Below are positions 1 to 13,539 of a stretch of DNA of 64,000 nucleotides, piece by piece; position 1 is the first letter of the stretch; every line of letters starts with the position of its first letter. The DNA is from Mobula hypostoma. Its lineage: Eukaryota. The stretch lies in assembly GCF_963921235.1 (NCBI RefSeq), contig NC_086108.1:6820001-6884000 (forward strand). Reading direction: 5' to 3'. A program made the position numbers and the translations under genes. Under the pieces are notes generated by a model that had not been told where the DNA came from, ran no database searches, and saw nothing but the letters and a program-made list of their open reading frames with translations.

Positions 1-164
1 TAGCATCACTCTACATTAGCAACGCCCAATAGGGTCTTGCGATCGCAAGACAAGCGACTAAGACTATCACTCATTGTTAGACTGCACCCCCTCTTCACGC
101 ACCAACTCCTCCACCTCCAATGCGGGCAGCAGCATGATCAGCAACAACAAACAACTCACTGATG

Positions 165-270
165 GGATAACAAGCAGCACACATCAAAGTTGCTGGTGAA
201 TGCAGCAGGCCAGGCAGCATCTCTAGGAAAAGGTGCAGTCGACGTTTCAGGCCGAGACCCTTCGTCAGGA
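165..270 (-). mobile_element. Penelope-like terminal repeat fragment with hammerhead core
   Basis: Reverse complement reads CCTGACGAAGGGTCTCGGCCTGAAACGTCGACTG...GATGCTGCCTGGCCTGCTGC; nearly identical to 23250-23340. Confidence 0.7.
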
Positions 271-554
271 TGGGATAAACCTGCAGTACTTTAAATTCTT
301 AATGTCTAGCAGGGTCTTGAAATTGGAAAAGATACATCAAAAAAAATTAAGCATTAGGGGGTGTCCTGAGGTTTTAGAAAAGAACTGTAAGCCCTGGAAT
401 CTTGATTTGTTTCATTGTCCTTGTATTTACTGACCACTGTTGTCAACTTTGACTATATATATTCCCAAAAAGGGAAAGTTTCAAAGTTTTCCAAAAAAAA
501 TTAATGATATGAATGCAATATTCCCACGAGTGAGGATGTTGTTCCCATTCCCAT

Positions 555-860
555 TCTGACATGTCAGTCCACTCGCCTGCTTGTCCCCTCCACCTTCCCT
601 TTCTCCATTGGTCCACTCTCCTCTCCTATCAAATTCCATCTTCTCCAGCCCTTTACCTTTCCCACCCACCTGACTTCACCTATCACCTTCCAGCTGTCCT
701 CCTTGCCCTCACCCCACCTTTTTTTTTATTTTGGCTTCTTCCCTCCTTCCTTTCCAGTCCTGATGAAGAGTTTTGGCCTGAAACATCGACTGTTTATTCA
801 TTTCCATAGATGCTGCCTGTCCTGCTGAGTTTCTACACCATTTTGTGTGCATGTTGTTCT
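555..860 (+). mobile_element. Penelope-like element 3' fragment
   Basis: Pyrimidine-rich body plus cctgatgaag...gaaacatcgac...gatgctgcctg tail shared with many copies in the window. Confidence 0.65.
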
Positions 861-1042
861 GGATTATCACCCTCTGTAGCTTTTCTCTTGCTTATTAATC
901 CATAATGCCTGTGTGAGCTTCCCAATTGTTGTTATTTGCCATTTTAGTTTTAAATGATGTGGTTGGAGTAAATGAACCAAAATTCTTGAGGTTTCTATTT
1001 TTAATGCAAGTTTTTGGACCTTACTTGTCATTTGGATCGTGA

Positions 1043-1315
<273 letters not shown>

Positions 1316-1369
1316 TGAAAATGAAGTTTTCTGGGAATTGGACTTGGCAGCTTTTCATTGGGGCTTAAT

Positions 1370-3120
1370 GTTAGGCCATGTATTCACTGGAATTCAGAAA
1401 ATGACGAGTGACCTAATTGAAACCCGTTGAATTTTGAAAGCACTCGGTAGAGTGGATGTGGAGAGGATGGCTCCGATGGTGGGAGAATCTAAGAACAGAG
1501 GACACACCCTCAGAATACAGAGGTGTCCTTTTAGAATGGAGGTGAGGAGGAATCTCTTTAGCCAGAGTGTGGTGAATCTGTGGAATTCATTGCCACAGAC
1601 AGCTGTGCAGGCCAAGTCAATGGGTATATTTAAGGCAAACGTTGTTAGGTTCTTGATTGGGCAGGGCATGAAGGGATATGGGGAGAAGGCAGGACTTTGG
1701 GGCGGAGAAGAAAAATGAATGATGAAATGGTAAAGCAGACTCAATGGGCTAAATGGCCAAATTCTGCTTTTATGTCTTATGGTCTTGTAAGACACAGAAA
1801 CAGAACCAGGCCATTCAGCCTATCTAGTCTCTGCCATTTGATCATGGCTTGTTAGTTTTCCTTCTCAATCCCATTTTCCTGCCTTTACCCCGTAAACTTT
1901 GTCACCCTTACTTATTAAGTATATATTGACTTCAGCTTTAAATTCCTCCTCATCTCTGTTCTAAAGGAGTGTCCTCTCAATTCCAGTCTCCTGCTTTCTT
2001 CCTATAACCTTTGACACTCTGACTAATCAAGAGCCTATCAATCTGCTTTAAATATACCCAATTACTTGGCCTCCACATCCACCTGTGGCAATGAATTCCA
2101 CAGATTCACCATTCTGGCTAAAGAAATTCCTCCTCATCTCTGTTCTAAAGTGGTGACCTTGTATTCTGAAGCTGAGCCCCATGGTCCTAGGCTCTTCCAT
2201 GTTGGTCACATCCTGTCCATGTACACTCTAGGTGTTTCAGTATTCGGTAGGTGTCAATGAGATCTTTCCCCCCTCATTCTTCTAAACTCTCATGAGTACA
2301 GGCCCAGAGCCATCAAACACTCCTTGTATGTTGCTTGCTTCATTCCTGGAATCATTCTTCTAAGTCTTTTCTGGACCCTCTCCAATGCCAGCACATCCTT
2401 CGTTAGGTGTAGGGCACCAAAACTGCTCACTACACTCTAAATGTGGTTTGTCCACTGCCTTGTATCAGCAGTTCATCCTTGCTTTTATATTTTAGTCCTC
2501 TCAAAATGAATGCTAACATTGCATTTTTACTAATTACTAACTCTATATCTGAAATTTAACCATTAGGGAATCCTGCACTTGTGCCTCAGTTTTCTGAATT
2601 CACTCTCCATTTAGAAAATGGTCTACATCTTTATTCCATCTATCAAACTGCATGAACATACACTTTACACTGTTTTCCACCTGCCAGTTCTTTACCCATT
2701 CTTGTAATCTGTCCAAGTCCTCCTCTGGACTCCTTGCTCCCTCAACACTACCTACCTTTCCAATTATCCTAGTATAATCTGTAAATTTGGCACAATGGCA
2801 TCAATTCCATCATGAAAAGTAGTGGACCCAACACCGACTCCTGTGGAACACTGCTAGTCACTGGCAACCAACCAGAAAAGGCCCCTTTATTCCCACTCTT
2901 TACCATCTGCTTGTATCTTTCTTATTATCCCATGGGCTCTTATCTTGTTTGGCAACCTCATGTGCAGCTGCTTGTTAAAGACCTTGTCAAAATCCAAGTA
3001 ATCACAATCCGTCGACTCCTCTGTCTATCTTGTATGTTATTTCCTCAAAGGATTCCAACAGATTTGACAGGCAACGTTCCCCAAGGAGACCATGCTGTCT
3101 TTAACCTGTTTTATCATTTA
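1370..3120. mobile_element. CR1 LINE fragments: 3' end on + (about 1370-1790), RT region on - (about 1790-3120)
   Basis: RGHTLRI...RRNLFSQSVVNLWNSLPQ CR1 ORF2 C-terminal motif; tcttatggtc tail. Confidence 0.8.
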
Positions 3121-3789
3121 GGTGTGCTGATGAAATCTAGTTTTGTCTTGACCCTTTTAAAATATGCTAAGTTGTCTGAAATTTTGATCTCAATGAAGCT
3201 ACATTTCCTCATCTACTTGCATATGTTTGGCTTGTTGTGGTATATATTTCGAAACACTGAGATGTTCCAAACGGTTATACTTGAATGTAACCTCAGCCAT
3301 GCTGGAAACATCACGACCCAGACTGATCCTGATCACACCATATCTTCAGAGATTTGAAATCCTGTTTTATTTATTCTTGTCCAATGGAGGGAAGTTGGTT
3401 GTGGAGCCCCACTAAAGTTGGTGCATGTAACCAATGCTAGGAAAAGAAGTTAAGGTAATTGGATAATGAAGCTCTTGGATGCTGATGGCCTCTAGCAGAT
3501 AATATGTTATCTGGGAATCTGCGGAGCAGGAGATTGCAGAGTGAATTGGGGAAAGTTCTTTGGGGACTTTATGCACCAGTTTTCAAAAACAAGTGGGTCC
3601 TTTCTGGACTTGGCTGTGGAGCAGAAGACTGCTTGGGTTGATTGTAATTCGGGTTTAACTAGCAAGGGCCAATAAAAAGAAGCAGGAGTGGAATGGCCAT
3701 TGTTGGAGTGGACAGTGTTAGAGTTAGAATGGACAGGCTTTTGGCTCAACAAGCTTAGGCAAGAATAGGCACAGGCTAGAACTTAAGGT

Positions 3790-4815
3790 TGAGAAGTCAG
3801 ACATCACAAGAGTAGGCAGGGTGGCAGTTCAGGCAGTGAAATGCTCCTTTTGTCAGATGTGGGATTCAGGGCTACTACCTGATGGTTTCCCTGGTGACTA
3901 CATCTGCAGAAAGTGCAGCCAACCTCGGCTCCTGACAAGGTCAAGGCACTGAAACTGGAGCTGGATGCAGTCAGGACCATCAGAGAGGCTGACAGCTTTA
4001 GAGTTGAGTCTTTTACTGAGGTAGTCACTCCCAGAGTGCAGGCTTCAGATAGTAAATGGGTGATAACCAGGGGAAGTAAGGGAAGTAATCAGTCAGGGCA
4101 GGGTTTCCTGTGGCTATTCCTGTCAGTGACAAGTACCCCCTTTGGATACTGCTGAAGTTGGATGACCTATCAGGGCACAGCAGCAGCAGCCAGGCCAATG
4201 GCACTATGGCCAGCTCTGAAGCTCAGCAGGGAAGAGTAAAGTCGGGCAGAGTGAGAGTGATGGGAGACCCGATGGTTAGGGAGATGGACAGGAGATCCTG
4301 TGGCTGCAAAAGAGAAGCCATGGCGGTGTGTTGTCTCCCAGGTGCTAGGGCCGGGATGTGGCTGCAAAAGGTTCTCAAGAGGGAGGGTGAGCAGCCAGAG
4401 GTCACAGTGCACAATGGCGCCGATGATATAGTGGAAAGAGGGAAGGGGTTCTGTGTAGTGAGTATAGGGGATTAGGGAAAAGGCTGAGGAACAAGACCTC
4501 CAAAGTAGTAATCTGGATTACTCCCAGTGCCATGTGCTAGTCAGGGCAGGAATAGGATGATAGTACAGATGAATAAATGGCTGAGAACTGGTGCAGGGTT
4601 TCGGATTTCTGGATCATTGGGGAAAGATGACTTCTTGGGGTACTTGGAGGCACGAGACAAAATGGGCCAAAGTAAGCATGGTTTCCTTAAGGGGAAATCT
4701 TGCCTGACAAATCTGTTGGAGGAATTCTTTCAGGAAATAACAGGCAGGGTAAACAAAGGAGATTCTGTGGATGTTGTTCATTTGGGTTTTCAGAAGGCCT
4801 TTAATAAGGTGCTGC
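3790..4815 (+). mobile_element. CR1 5' region: decayed ORF1 (zinc finger plus SGNH esterase-like) joined to an ORF2 RT fragment
   Basis: VMGDPMVR...CCLPGAR...VTVHNGADD esterase-like blocks; HGFLKGKSCLTNLLE...DVVHLGFQKAFNKV RT motif. Confidence 0.7.
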
Positions 4816-6414
4816 CCTAAATGCCAGTGGTGTAATGGGCAGTAAGTAAGTAAGTTGGGGGTGCTGGGTGGTGTGGTTTGAAGGGCGGGAAGGACTATCA
4901 AAGAATACAACTCTGAAAGTCTTCTCAGATAGCCATGAAATCAAGAAAGAAAGGAACAGCAGCACTGTCATCGACCCCCAAATCCCCCTCCCCGCACAAA
5001 AAAAACAAGCTAAAATGGAACAGGCAGATTGACCTCCCATCCCCCTCCCACAGAAAAAAAAATGAGAAAGATTGCACGAAAAGCATAATTTAAAAAAAAA
5101 ACTTTAAGACTGGAAAAAATCCGTAGTCCAAGTCCATATCCAAAACGCAGAAAACCTTGGTAACATTCTCTGGATACAGCAGCAGCTTCCCTCTCCAGCA
5201 GCAGAGCGATCCCGCCAGTGATCAAAAGATAGGCTTCCCTCTCTGGTATCTGAGCAATCCCATCAGCAGTCAGAAAGCAGTTTCCCCTCTCCAGCAACAG
5301 AACAATTCCACCAGCGATCAAAAGGCAGGCAACCAGCACTTACCCTCTGCATTCACCTCGATGTTTCTATCTCCCTTCTCACTTTATTCACTGAATGATG
5401 GAAGGTGAATAAACTCTTCACAGGCTTCCTGCCAGGTACAGGTATCGATTTTGGCTGACATTTTGATGACAAACTCTGCCATCTTCATCAGTTTATTCGT
5501 CATATATGTTGGGAAAGCACTGGATTCTTTTTGAACAATGGAAGCTTTAATCAATAAAATGGAATCGAAAATCAGCTCGCACCTCGTCCTGCAACCTTCT
5601 CGCCACAAGGTTTGTGCACGCTGCTTCTGCCTTCCGGAATCCTCTCAGAGACTGCAGAATGCTGGAACACCCAAACGGTCTCCAAATTGCAAATCACAGG
5701 CTCCAACAGTTCCAGAATCAACATTCAACAAAAAACAAATGTAAAAGACAAAAGAAGTGGAATATATGGTTTCATGGTCTATCAAGAAGATGTCAACCAT
5801 GGGGGTGTTGTATGCAGGCACCATCTCGACTGGAAGCCACGCATTTGCTATGTCTCAAATAAATAAATAATGCAGAAGATTTCTCTTGTAGAATATGGTT
5901 GTCTTGAAGTGGAGTTAGAATCTGTTTTGCTTCAATGAATGTCTCAGTAGCTTAAGATTCTCTTCCCCGCCCCCCCCCACCCCCCAACCTCCACTCTGGC
6001 TAAAACTGACATCTAATTCATAATTGTAGAAGTATTGGTGAAGGTTTATTTTGGATCACTCTGGTTTTGAGCTAAGTAATCCTGTTGTAGTCATTTATTC
6101 TTGATATTTCCACTTATCCTGGATGTATGAAATTCTGTTGTCATTTGGCTGTTTCTTGAACTTGACTAACTGTCCTTCTAGAAAAGCTGCTTCCCTCTAA
6201 TTGCCAGTTGTGAGGTGCTCCATCTGACATCTTGCAAAAGGCACCTAATCTGTGCCAATTCATGTTATATTTACTTTTGCTCAGCTTGGTGCCTTGGTTT
6301 AATTTTTCTTAAATAGTGTAAATTTTCTGAAATATAATATTCTGTATATATTTGGAATTGCTGAGATCTGTTACAGTGTCATATTCTATAGGCTCAATCC
6401 ATAAAGTTCTAGAT

Positions 6415-6495
6415 CAGGAATTCCCAACCTTTTTAAGTGCCATGGGCTCTCACCATTAATCGAGGATTCTGTGGAGCCAAGGATGGGAACCCCTG
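6415..6495. mobile_element. hAT/Charlie-type MITE, about 80 bp
   Basis: CAGGAATTCCCAACC...GGATGGGAACCCCTG terminal inverted repeats in a TCTAGA-like target; related copies near 39413 and 53160-53237. Confidence 0.55.
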
Positions 6496-6578
6496 TCTAA
6501 ATATACACCCTTTACTTCAATTTAGGAATTTTTGCTGATTAAGATGAGCTGTGTATAGTTTTCTTTAAGAAAACCTGA

Positions 6579-6728
<150 letters not shown>

Positions 6729-6804
6729 TGAATTCTTGTGTGGGTGAGCATCCTTTATGCTATCAGTACTTGGTGTTGGAATTGAAAATAACCTGTCATA
6801 TTTG

Positions 6805-7480
6805 GCCACTCTCAGGTTGGAGGAGCAACACCTTTTATTCTGTCTGGGTAGCCTCCAACCTAATGGCATGAACATCAATTTCTCAAACTTCCGGCAATTG
6901 CCCTGCCCCATGCTTCACCATTTCCCATTTCTCCCCCTCATCTTATCTCCTTACCTGCCCATCACCTCCCTCTGGTGCTCTTCCACCTTCCCCAGCCCTT
7001 TCTTTACCTCTTTCATCAGTCAACTTCTCACTCTTTACTTCACCCCTCCCCCTCTCCTGGTTTCGTATATCACCTACCACCTTGTACTACTCAACACACA
7101 GAATAAACTGGAGGAACTCGGCAGGCCAGGCAGCATCTATGGGGAAAAAAAAAGAACAGTTGATATTTTAGGCAGAGACTCTTTGGCAAGTCCTGCTGAA
7201 GGGTCTTGACCTGAAACGGCGACTACTTTTTTACTCTTTTCCATGGATGCTACCTGGCCTGCTGAATTCCTCCAGTATTTTGTGTGTGTTGAATTTCCAA
7301 CATCTGCAGATTTTCTCTTGTTCGTGGCCTTGTACTACTTCCTTCCCTCTTCCCACCTTCTTGCGCTGATTTCTCATCTCTTTTTCAGTCCTGATGAAGC
7401 GTCTCGGCCCGAAATGTTGACCAGTTACTCTTTTCTATAGATGTTGCTTGACCTGCTGAGTTCCTCCAGCATTTTGCCGG
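6805..7480 (+). mobile_element. Penelope-like element 3' fragments (composite)
   Basis: RLEEQHLLFCLGSLQPNGMNINFSNF PLE C-terminus; two degenerate hammerhead cores at about 7190 and 7386. Confidence 0.75.
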
Positions 7481-7604
7481 TGTTTTCTTTGTTACATTTG
7501 TTAACTGTTACTTTTTAACCACTTCATTTATGATTCAAGGTGAATTTCTTAAGCACTGACACACCTGCTTAATGCATTGTGTCCACTCTACTGGTTTCAA
7601 ATCC

Positions 7605-8500
7605 AAAGTGCAACACACAAAATGCTGGAGGAACGCAGCAGGCCAGGTAGCATCCATGGAAAAGAGTAAACAGTTGATGTTTTGGTCTGAAACCCTTCGT
7701 CGGGACTGGAAAGGAAGAGGAGAAGTCAATAAGAAGGTGGAGGGAAGGGAGGAAGAAATACAAAGTGGCAGGTAATAGGTGAAACCAGGAGAGCGGTAGG
7801 GGATGAAGTAAAGAGCTGGGAAATTGATTGGTGAAAGAGTTAAAGAGGGGGAATCTGATAGGAGGGGACAGAAGACCATGGAAGAAATGGAAGGGGAAGG
7901 AGAACCTAAGTGAGGTGATGGGCAGGTGAGGAGATAAGATGACGGAGCAGAATGGGGAATATTGGGGCGGGGGGAATTACCAGAAATTCAATAAGTCGAT
8001 ATTCATGCCGTCAGGTTGAAGGCTATCCAGACAGAATACAATGTGCTGCTTCTCCAACCTCAGTGTGGCCTCAGTGTGCAATAGTAGAGGAGGCTATGGA
8101 CTGACATGTTGGAATGGGGATGGGAAGTGGAATTGAAATGGATGGCTACAGGAAGATCCCTCTCCTTCTGGTGGACAGAGCATAGGTGTTCGGCAAAGTG
8201 GTCTCCCAATCTACGTTGGGTCTCACCGATATATAGGAGGTCCCATCTGGAGCCCTGGATAGAGTGGATGGCCCCAACGGGCTCGCAGGTGAAGTGTTGC
8301 CTCATCTGGAAGGACTGTTTGGGGGCCTGAATGGTAGTGAGGGAGGAGGTGCAGGGGTAGGTGTGGCACTTGGTTCTGTTTGTAGGATAAGTGCTAGGAG
8401 AGATATCAGTGGGGAGGGACAAGTGGATAAGGGACTCGTGTAGGGAGCGATCCCTGTGAAAAGGGGGTGCGGGAGAGATGTGCTTAGTGGTAGAATCTCA
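7605..8500 (-). mobile_element. Penelope-like element with GIY-YIG endonuclease remnant
   Basis: ORF 8060-8422 (-): RQHFTC...LLYIGETQRRLGDHFAEHL...PVAIHFNSTSH. Confidence 0.85.
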
Positions 8501-8767
8501 TTGAAGAAGGACTGTGGTCAATGTCAGATGAACTTAAATTGGAAACCTTCCTATTCCCATTTTGCAAGACTGACTATGATTGTATTTTAATTTATAAATG
8601 ACCAATCTTGTAAGGCAGGGGCAGAATATTGCAATAGTTTGTCTTTAGAAATGCTATATAATAATACACAATGATTGTTCAATTATATGGCTTGATGTAA
8701 TAGCTTAACTTGCTGATTAGTTGCTGAATTTGTGTTGGTATAGAGTTAAAAATCTTGTTTTAAGTTA

Positions 8768-10282
8768 TTGTTGGATCTCTGTTTAATTTCTGATTCTTCT
8801 GGGAGTCAAAATGGCAAGCAGTCTTAATTCCAAGATTTCAGTTTATTTAGAGTACAAACAAACATACAAATACTAAGCGAACTAGATAAAGAAATGAGCA
8901 ACAATGTTAGGAGTGCAAGATAAAGGATGATGCTTCTGGAAAATCTATCATGTTTATTGACAAGATAAGAGAAATTCCTTAGAGATAAATTAGTTACTAG
9001 GGTACATAATTAAAACAACTACGTCGCGTAGTTAATTCTTAGCCAATAAAAATCGGGAAAGCCAATAAACCGTTAATTTCACTGTTACACTGCTTTCCTC
9101 CAGTGAGTGAAAAATGCATGATTTTGTTAAAAAGTATACTTAAATAATTGCAGAAGAAATGAGTTTACACTCTCAAATTTGAATATTTTGTTTCACAAAG
9201 CTTAAGTTTTAAAATAAAATGTCGTAAAATCCATATGAATGTTAATTTTTCCCTCTTCCCGCCTCCCTCCCATCCCCTTCATTCATGAGTGCATGGTTGA
9301 TTGACAAAAAGAGGACAATTGGTTAGCTTTTATTTCAGTAAGACTGACCATTTCAATTAGTTCAAAGGCCAAAGAAAGGACTAGAATTTTTCATTCATGC
9401 ATAATGTGTACAACAGATTCTCAGGAATTCAATTTGTCTTGTTATAGAAATAAATCTTGTCGCAATGCGTCAACACAGCTTGACAGAACTGGGCACGTTT
9501 ATTCACAGCGATTTTTGATTCTTACCAGAATTGTTGTTGATGGAAAACCTGTTTTTTTTAGGGGGAAAAAAGGATTTAAAAACCTGACATAAAATTCTGG
9601 AGGAACTTAGCAGGTCAGGCAGCATCTTTGGAGAGGAATAAACAGCCGACATTTCGGGCTGAGATCCTTCATCAGGATTGATTTACTGATGATGGCATCT
9701 CATTCTGAAACATCGACAGTTCATTCCTCTCCATAGATGCTGCCTGACTTGCTGAGTTCCTCCAGAATTTTGTGTGCATTGCTTTGGATTTCCAGCATCT
9801 GCAGAATCTCTTGTGTTTAAAACTATAAAATGGTCAGTCTATTCTTATTGACAAGGAGGATGTTAATATTTTCCCCTTTACTGTCGGAACTTCCTGTTGA
9901 ATCTCTGTTTAATTTCTGGTCCTTGGGGAGCCAAAAAATGGTGAGCAGTCTTAATTTCAAGATTTCAGTTTATTTTAGAGTACAAACAAAAATACAAAGC
10001 AAACTAAATAAAGAGCTGAGAAACAGTATTAAGCGAGAAGTTAATGCTGGGGAGGAGGTGCAAGACAAAGGAATAAAAAATGGTGTTTCTGGAAAAATCT
10101 ATCGCTTTCATAGATAAGAGAAGTACCTTACGTACAGATAAATTAGTTAATTGTAATACAACTACATCATATGGGTAATATTTAGCCAATGGAAAATGAG
10201 AACGGTAATAGACCGTTAGTTAAGCTGCTATACTGCTTTCTGCCAGTGAGTGTGAAAAATACTCGAGTTTGTTAAAAAGTAC
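8768..10282 (+). repeat. Diverged local direct duplication in intron 4 (about 8768-9140 and about 9895-10282)
   Basis: Shared colinear blocks: atctctgtttaatttctg, gcagtcttaatt.caagatttcagtttattt, tctgga.aaatctatc, gataaattagtta, ccagtgagtg, tttgttaaaaagta. Confidence 0.8.
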
Positions 10283-10586
10283 TAAGGCGGGCCAGCTGGT
10301 GGTGCAACGACATCGGCGCCGGCCCCGGGAGCGGAGGTTCCCGGGTTCAAAACTAGTCAGGTCCGCTCCCGAGTACGCTTTCCATCCGTGCCGGGTTGAG
10401 TGTCAAGATCGCAACTTGACCTCGTCAAATGAAAGTAAAATACTGTGAAAATGTCTGTGTGAAGAATGGCACGCCACACAGTCTCTCTCTGTCACTCCGC
10501 GCCTTGTAAAAAGCCATGAAAAAGACATCATCACGGATACACACACGCACACGCACAGACTCGCACGCACGCAGGCACACACCAAA
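10283..10586 (+). mobile_element. tRNA-headed SINE, CpG-rich, TSD-flanked
   Basis: A-box-like TGGTGCAACG, B-box-like GGTTCAAAAC, (CA/CG) microsatellite and A tail; TSD AAAAAGTAC at 10274-10282 and 10587-10595. Confidence 0.65.
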
Positions 10587-10684
10587 AAAAAGTACAAGTT
10601 TTATAAAAAGTATTATTTTAAAAAGAGTGGTTTCCAACAGTTAATAATTTGAAACATTGGAAGTAGGTTGATGATTTCAGTGAG

Positions 10685-10945
10685 GTGACACAGTAGTGTA
10701 ATGGTTAGCACTAAGCATTACAGTACAGGCGACATGGGTTCAATTCCCATCTCTGCCTGTAAGGAGTCTGTACGTCATCGCCGTGATCGGCGATCTGAGG
10801 GAGTGCAAAGACATACGAGTTGGTAGGTTAATTGGTCATTGTAAATTGTCTCGTGATTATGCTACGATGAAATCAGGGGATTGCTGGGCAGCGCAGCTCA
10901 AAGGGGCGGAAGTGCCTGTTCCGCACTGTGTCTCAATAAATAACT
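10685..10945 (+). mobile_element. tRNA-derived V-SINE/HE1-like SINE
   Basis: gtagtgtaatggttagcac A box, gggttcaattccc B box, aataaataa tail; related copies at about 20520-20890, 23200-23510, 28455-28730, 33325-33605, 52840-53050, 60185-60335 and 62820-63120. Confidence 0.7.
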
Positions 10946-11430
10946 AATACACATCTTGTTAGAAGTTTAAAAGAAAACCCACAGGGGGCTGTGTAGTCTT
11001 TGCTTAATACTGATATTCCTATATCGAGTTTTCTACTGAATAAAAGTGCAATAAAATTCTTCTGTACAATTACAAATGTTGGTCTATATATTCACTTTTA
11101 TTAACTCTGGGGACTGGGATGAGAGCCTTTATCATAGAATATACTTTTTTTTGCTACACGGATGTTTTCCATACTAAGTAATGTATTGAAATTGTTCCTA
11201 AGTATGAAGCTGACAAGAAATGATCATTAACTAGGCAGTTTGTAATTTGAAGTATTCTATGTCATATGTAAATTAGTTGGAAACTGGGTAGTTCTGAACA
11301 GTAGCTCTGTTTTGTTGCCGACTGCAAACCTGTAAAATACACCTCTATTTCATTTTAAGCTGATTGTCTAATTATTTTTGGACTATTTTACAATGGCTTA
11401 GCAATTCTAATGGTTGTTTCCTGCTGCTGA

Positions 11431-11532
<102 letters not shown>

Positions 11533-11779
11533 TAATGTGTTTAGCATAATGTATTGCTTGGGAGAGAAGGGAAGGAGGAAGGAATGTGATCTCTTAAACC
11601 AGAGTGATAGATAAAAGCCTTTGTTTGTTGTATCTGTTACTTGCATCCTGCTATTAATGTTACTGCAAAATTTTAAAAGCCGTTGTTATTTTATAATCCA
11701 GCTGATGTACATTTCAATGCTCGAGTTCCCTGAATTTTCAGAATAGCAACAAATTCATGCAATATATAAACATGAAAAG

Positions 11780-12975
11780 GTCTGCCTCTGCTGGAAATCT
11801 AAAGCCACACGCACACACAAGAAGCTGGAGGAACTCAGCAAGCATTGCAGCATCAATGGAAATGAATAACCAGTCGATGTTTCGGGTTGAGCCCCTCCAA
11901 CAGGACCGAAAGGAAGACACCAGAATAAAAATGGTGGGGGGAGGGGAAGGAAGCTTGCTGGAAGTTGATAGGTGAAGCTACATGGGTGGGAGAGGTAAAA
12001 GGCTGGAGAGGAAGGAATCTGATAGGAGAGGACCTGGAGGGAGGTGATAGGCAGGTGAGAATAGATAAGAAGCCAGAGTGGGGAATAGGAGAGGGGAAAC
12101 ATTACCAGAAGGAGAACTCGATATTCATGCAATCAGGTTGGAGGCTCCCCAGACTCCAATATAAGTTGTTGCTACTCCACCCCAAGGGTGGCCTCATCTT
12201 GGCACAAGAGGAGGCCATGGACCAACATATGGGAATGGGAATTAAACTGCTTGGACACTGGGAAGTTCCACTTGTGGCAGATGGAACAGAGGTGCTAGAC
12301 GAAACAGTTCCCCCAATTTACGGTGGATCTCACCGATGCAGAGGCAGCCGCATCGTAAACACTGAACATTGTAGACGACCCCAGCAGATTCACACTGGAA
12401 GTGTTGCCTCATCTGGGAGGACTGTTTGGGGATCTGAAACTATCACAAAGCTCATTTTGCATTTCTGTAAACTTTGCCTCTGAGGTGGACAGTGTAAATT
12501 TCAATCAAAGGATCTGTTTAAAGTATCTGCTGTGAGTTGCAATTGAACATGTCACAGGTCACTTTTGGTCACTTTTAGTTTGGTATCCAACTATATAATT
12601 GGAGGAGCAATATCTTGTATTCCGTCTGGGTAGCCTCCAACTTGATGGCATGAACATCGATTTCTCCTTCCAGTGAACAACTTCTACCCTCTGCCTCACC
12701 TATGTTCCCCACTTTGACCTTTGACAACTTCTCACCTTTCTCTTTCTCCTATGGTCCACTCTTTTCTCCTATCAGATTCCTTTTTCTCCAGCCTTTGATC
12801 TTTCCCATCCACTTGGCTTCACCAATCATCTTCCAGCTGGCCTCCTTCCCCTCCCCCACCTTTTTATTTCGACATCTTCCCCCTTCCTCAGTCCTGAAGA
12901 AGGGTCTTGGCCTGAACCATTGACTGTTTGCTCTTTTCCATAGATGCCTGACCTACTGAGTTCCTCCAACATTTT
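11780..12975. mobile_element. Penelope-like fragments: - strand (about 11780-12435) and + strand (about 12598-12975)
   Basis: Same PLE C-terminal and terminal motifs as 6805-8500. Confidence 0.7.
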
Positions 12976-13539
12976 TTTTTGAGGCATCACATTTTGAAGG
13001 TGTCCTCGATGCTGGGGAGGCTAGTGCCCATGATGGAGTTGGCTGAGTTTACAACTTTCTGTACCTCCGTACCTCCAACAGTACATCTGTAGAAATTTGC
13101 GAGATTCTTTGGTGTCATACCAAATCTTCTCAAATTCCTATTGAAATATAGTCACTGTCGTACCTTCTTTGCAATTGCATCAATATGTTGGGCCCAGGAT
13201 AGATCTTAAAAGATGTTGACACCCAGGAATTTGAAACTGCTCACCCTCTGCACTTCTGATCCCCAGATGACGACGTGTCTGTTCTGTCACCTTTCCCTTC
13301 ATCATGTCCACATACAATCTCTTGGTCTTACTGCCAATGAGAGCAAGGTTTTTGCTGCAATATCACTGATCTATCTCGCTCCTCATTGCCATCATCTGAA
13401 ATTATTTTATTTACTAAAAATAAGTTGAATTCTTACGATTTATTGTGGATTAATACGGATACTGAATTGAATGCTTTTTACAAAAGTGCTATTTAGAACA
13501 TCTATTGAATTTTGTTGTTCTGTAATTATTTAATGGGTT

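Noticed and set aside
10685..10760. tRNA gene
   Set aside because: The A/B boxes belong to a SINE head continuing into a repeated body and tail; no complete cloverleaf is evident.
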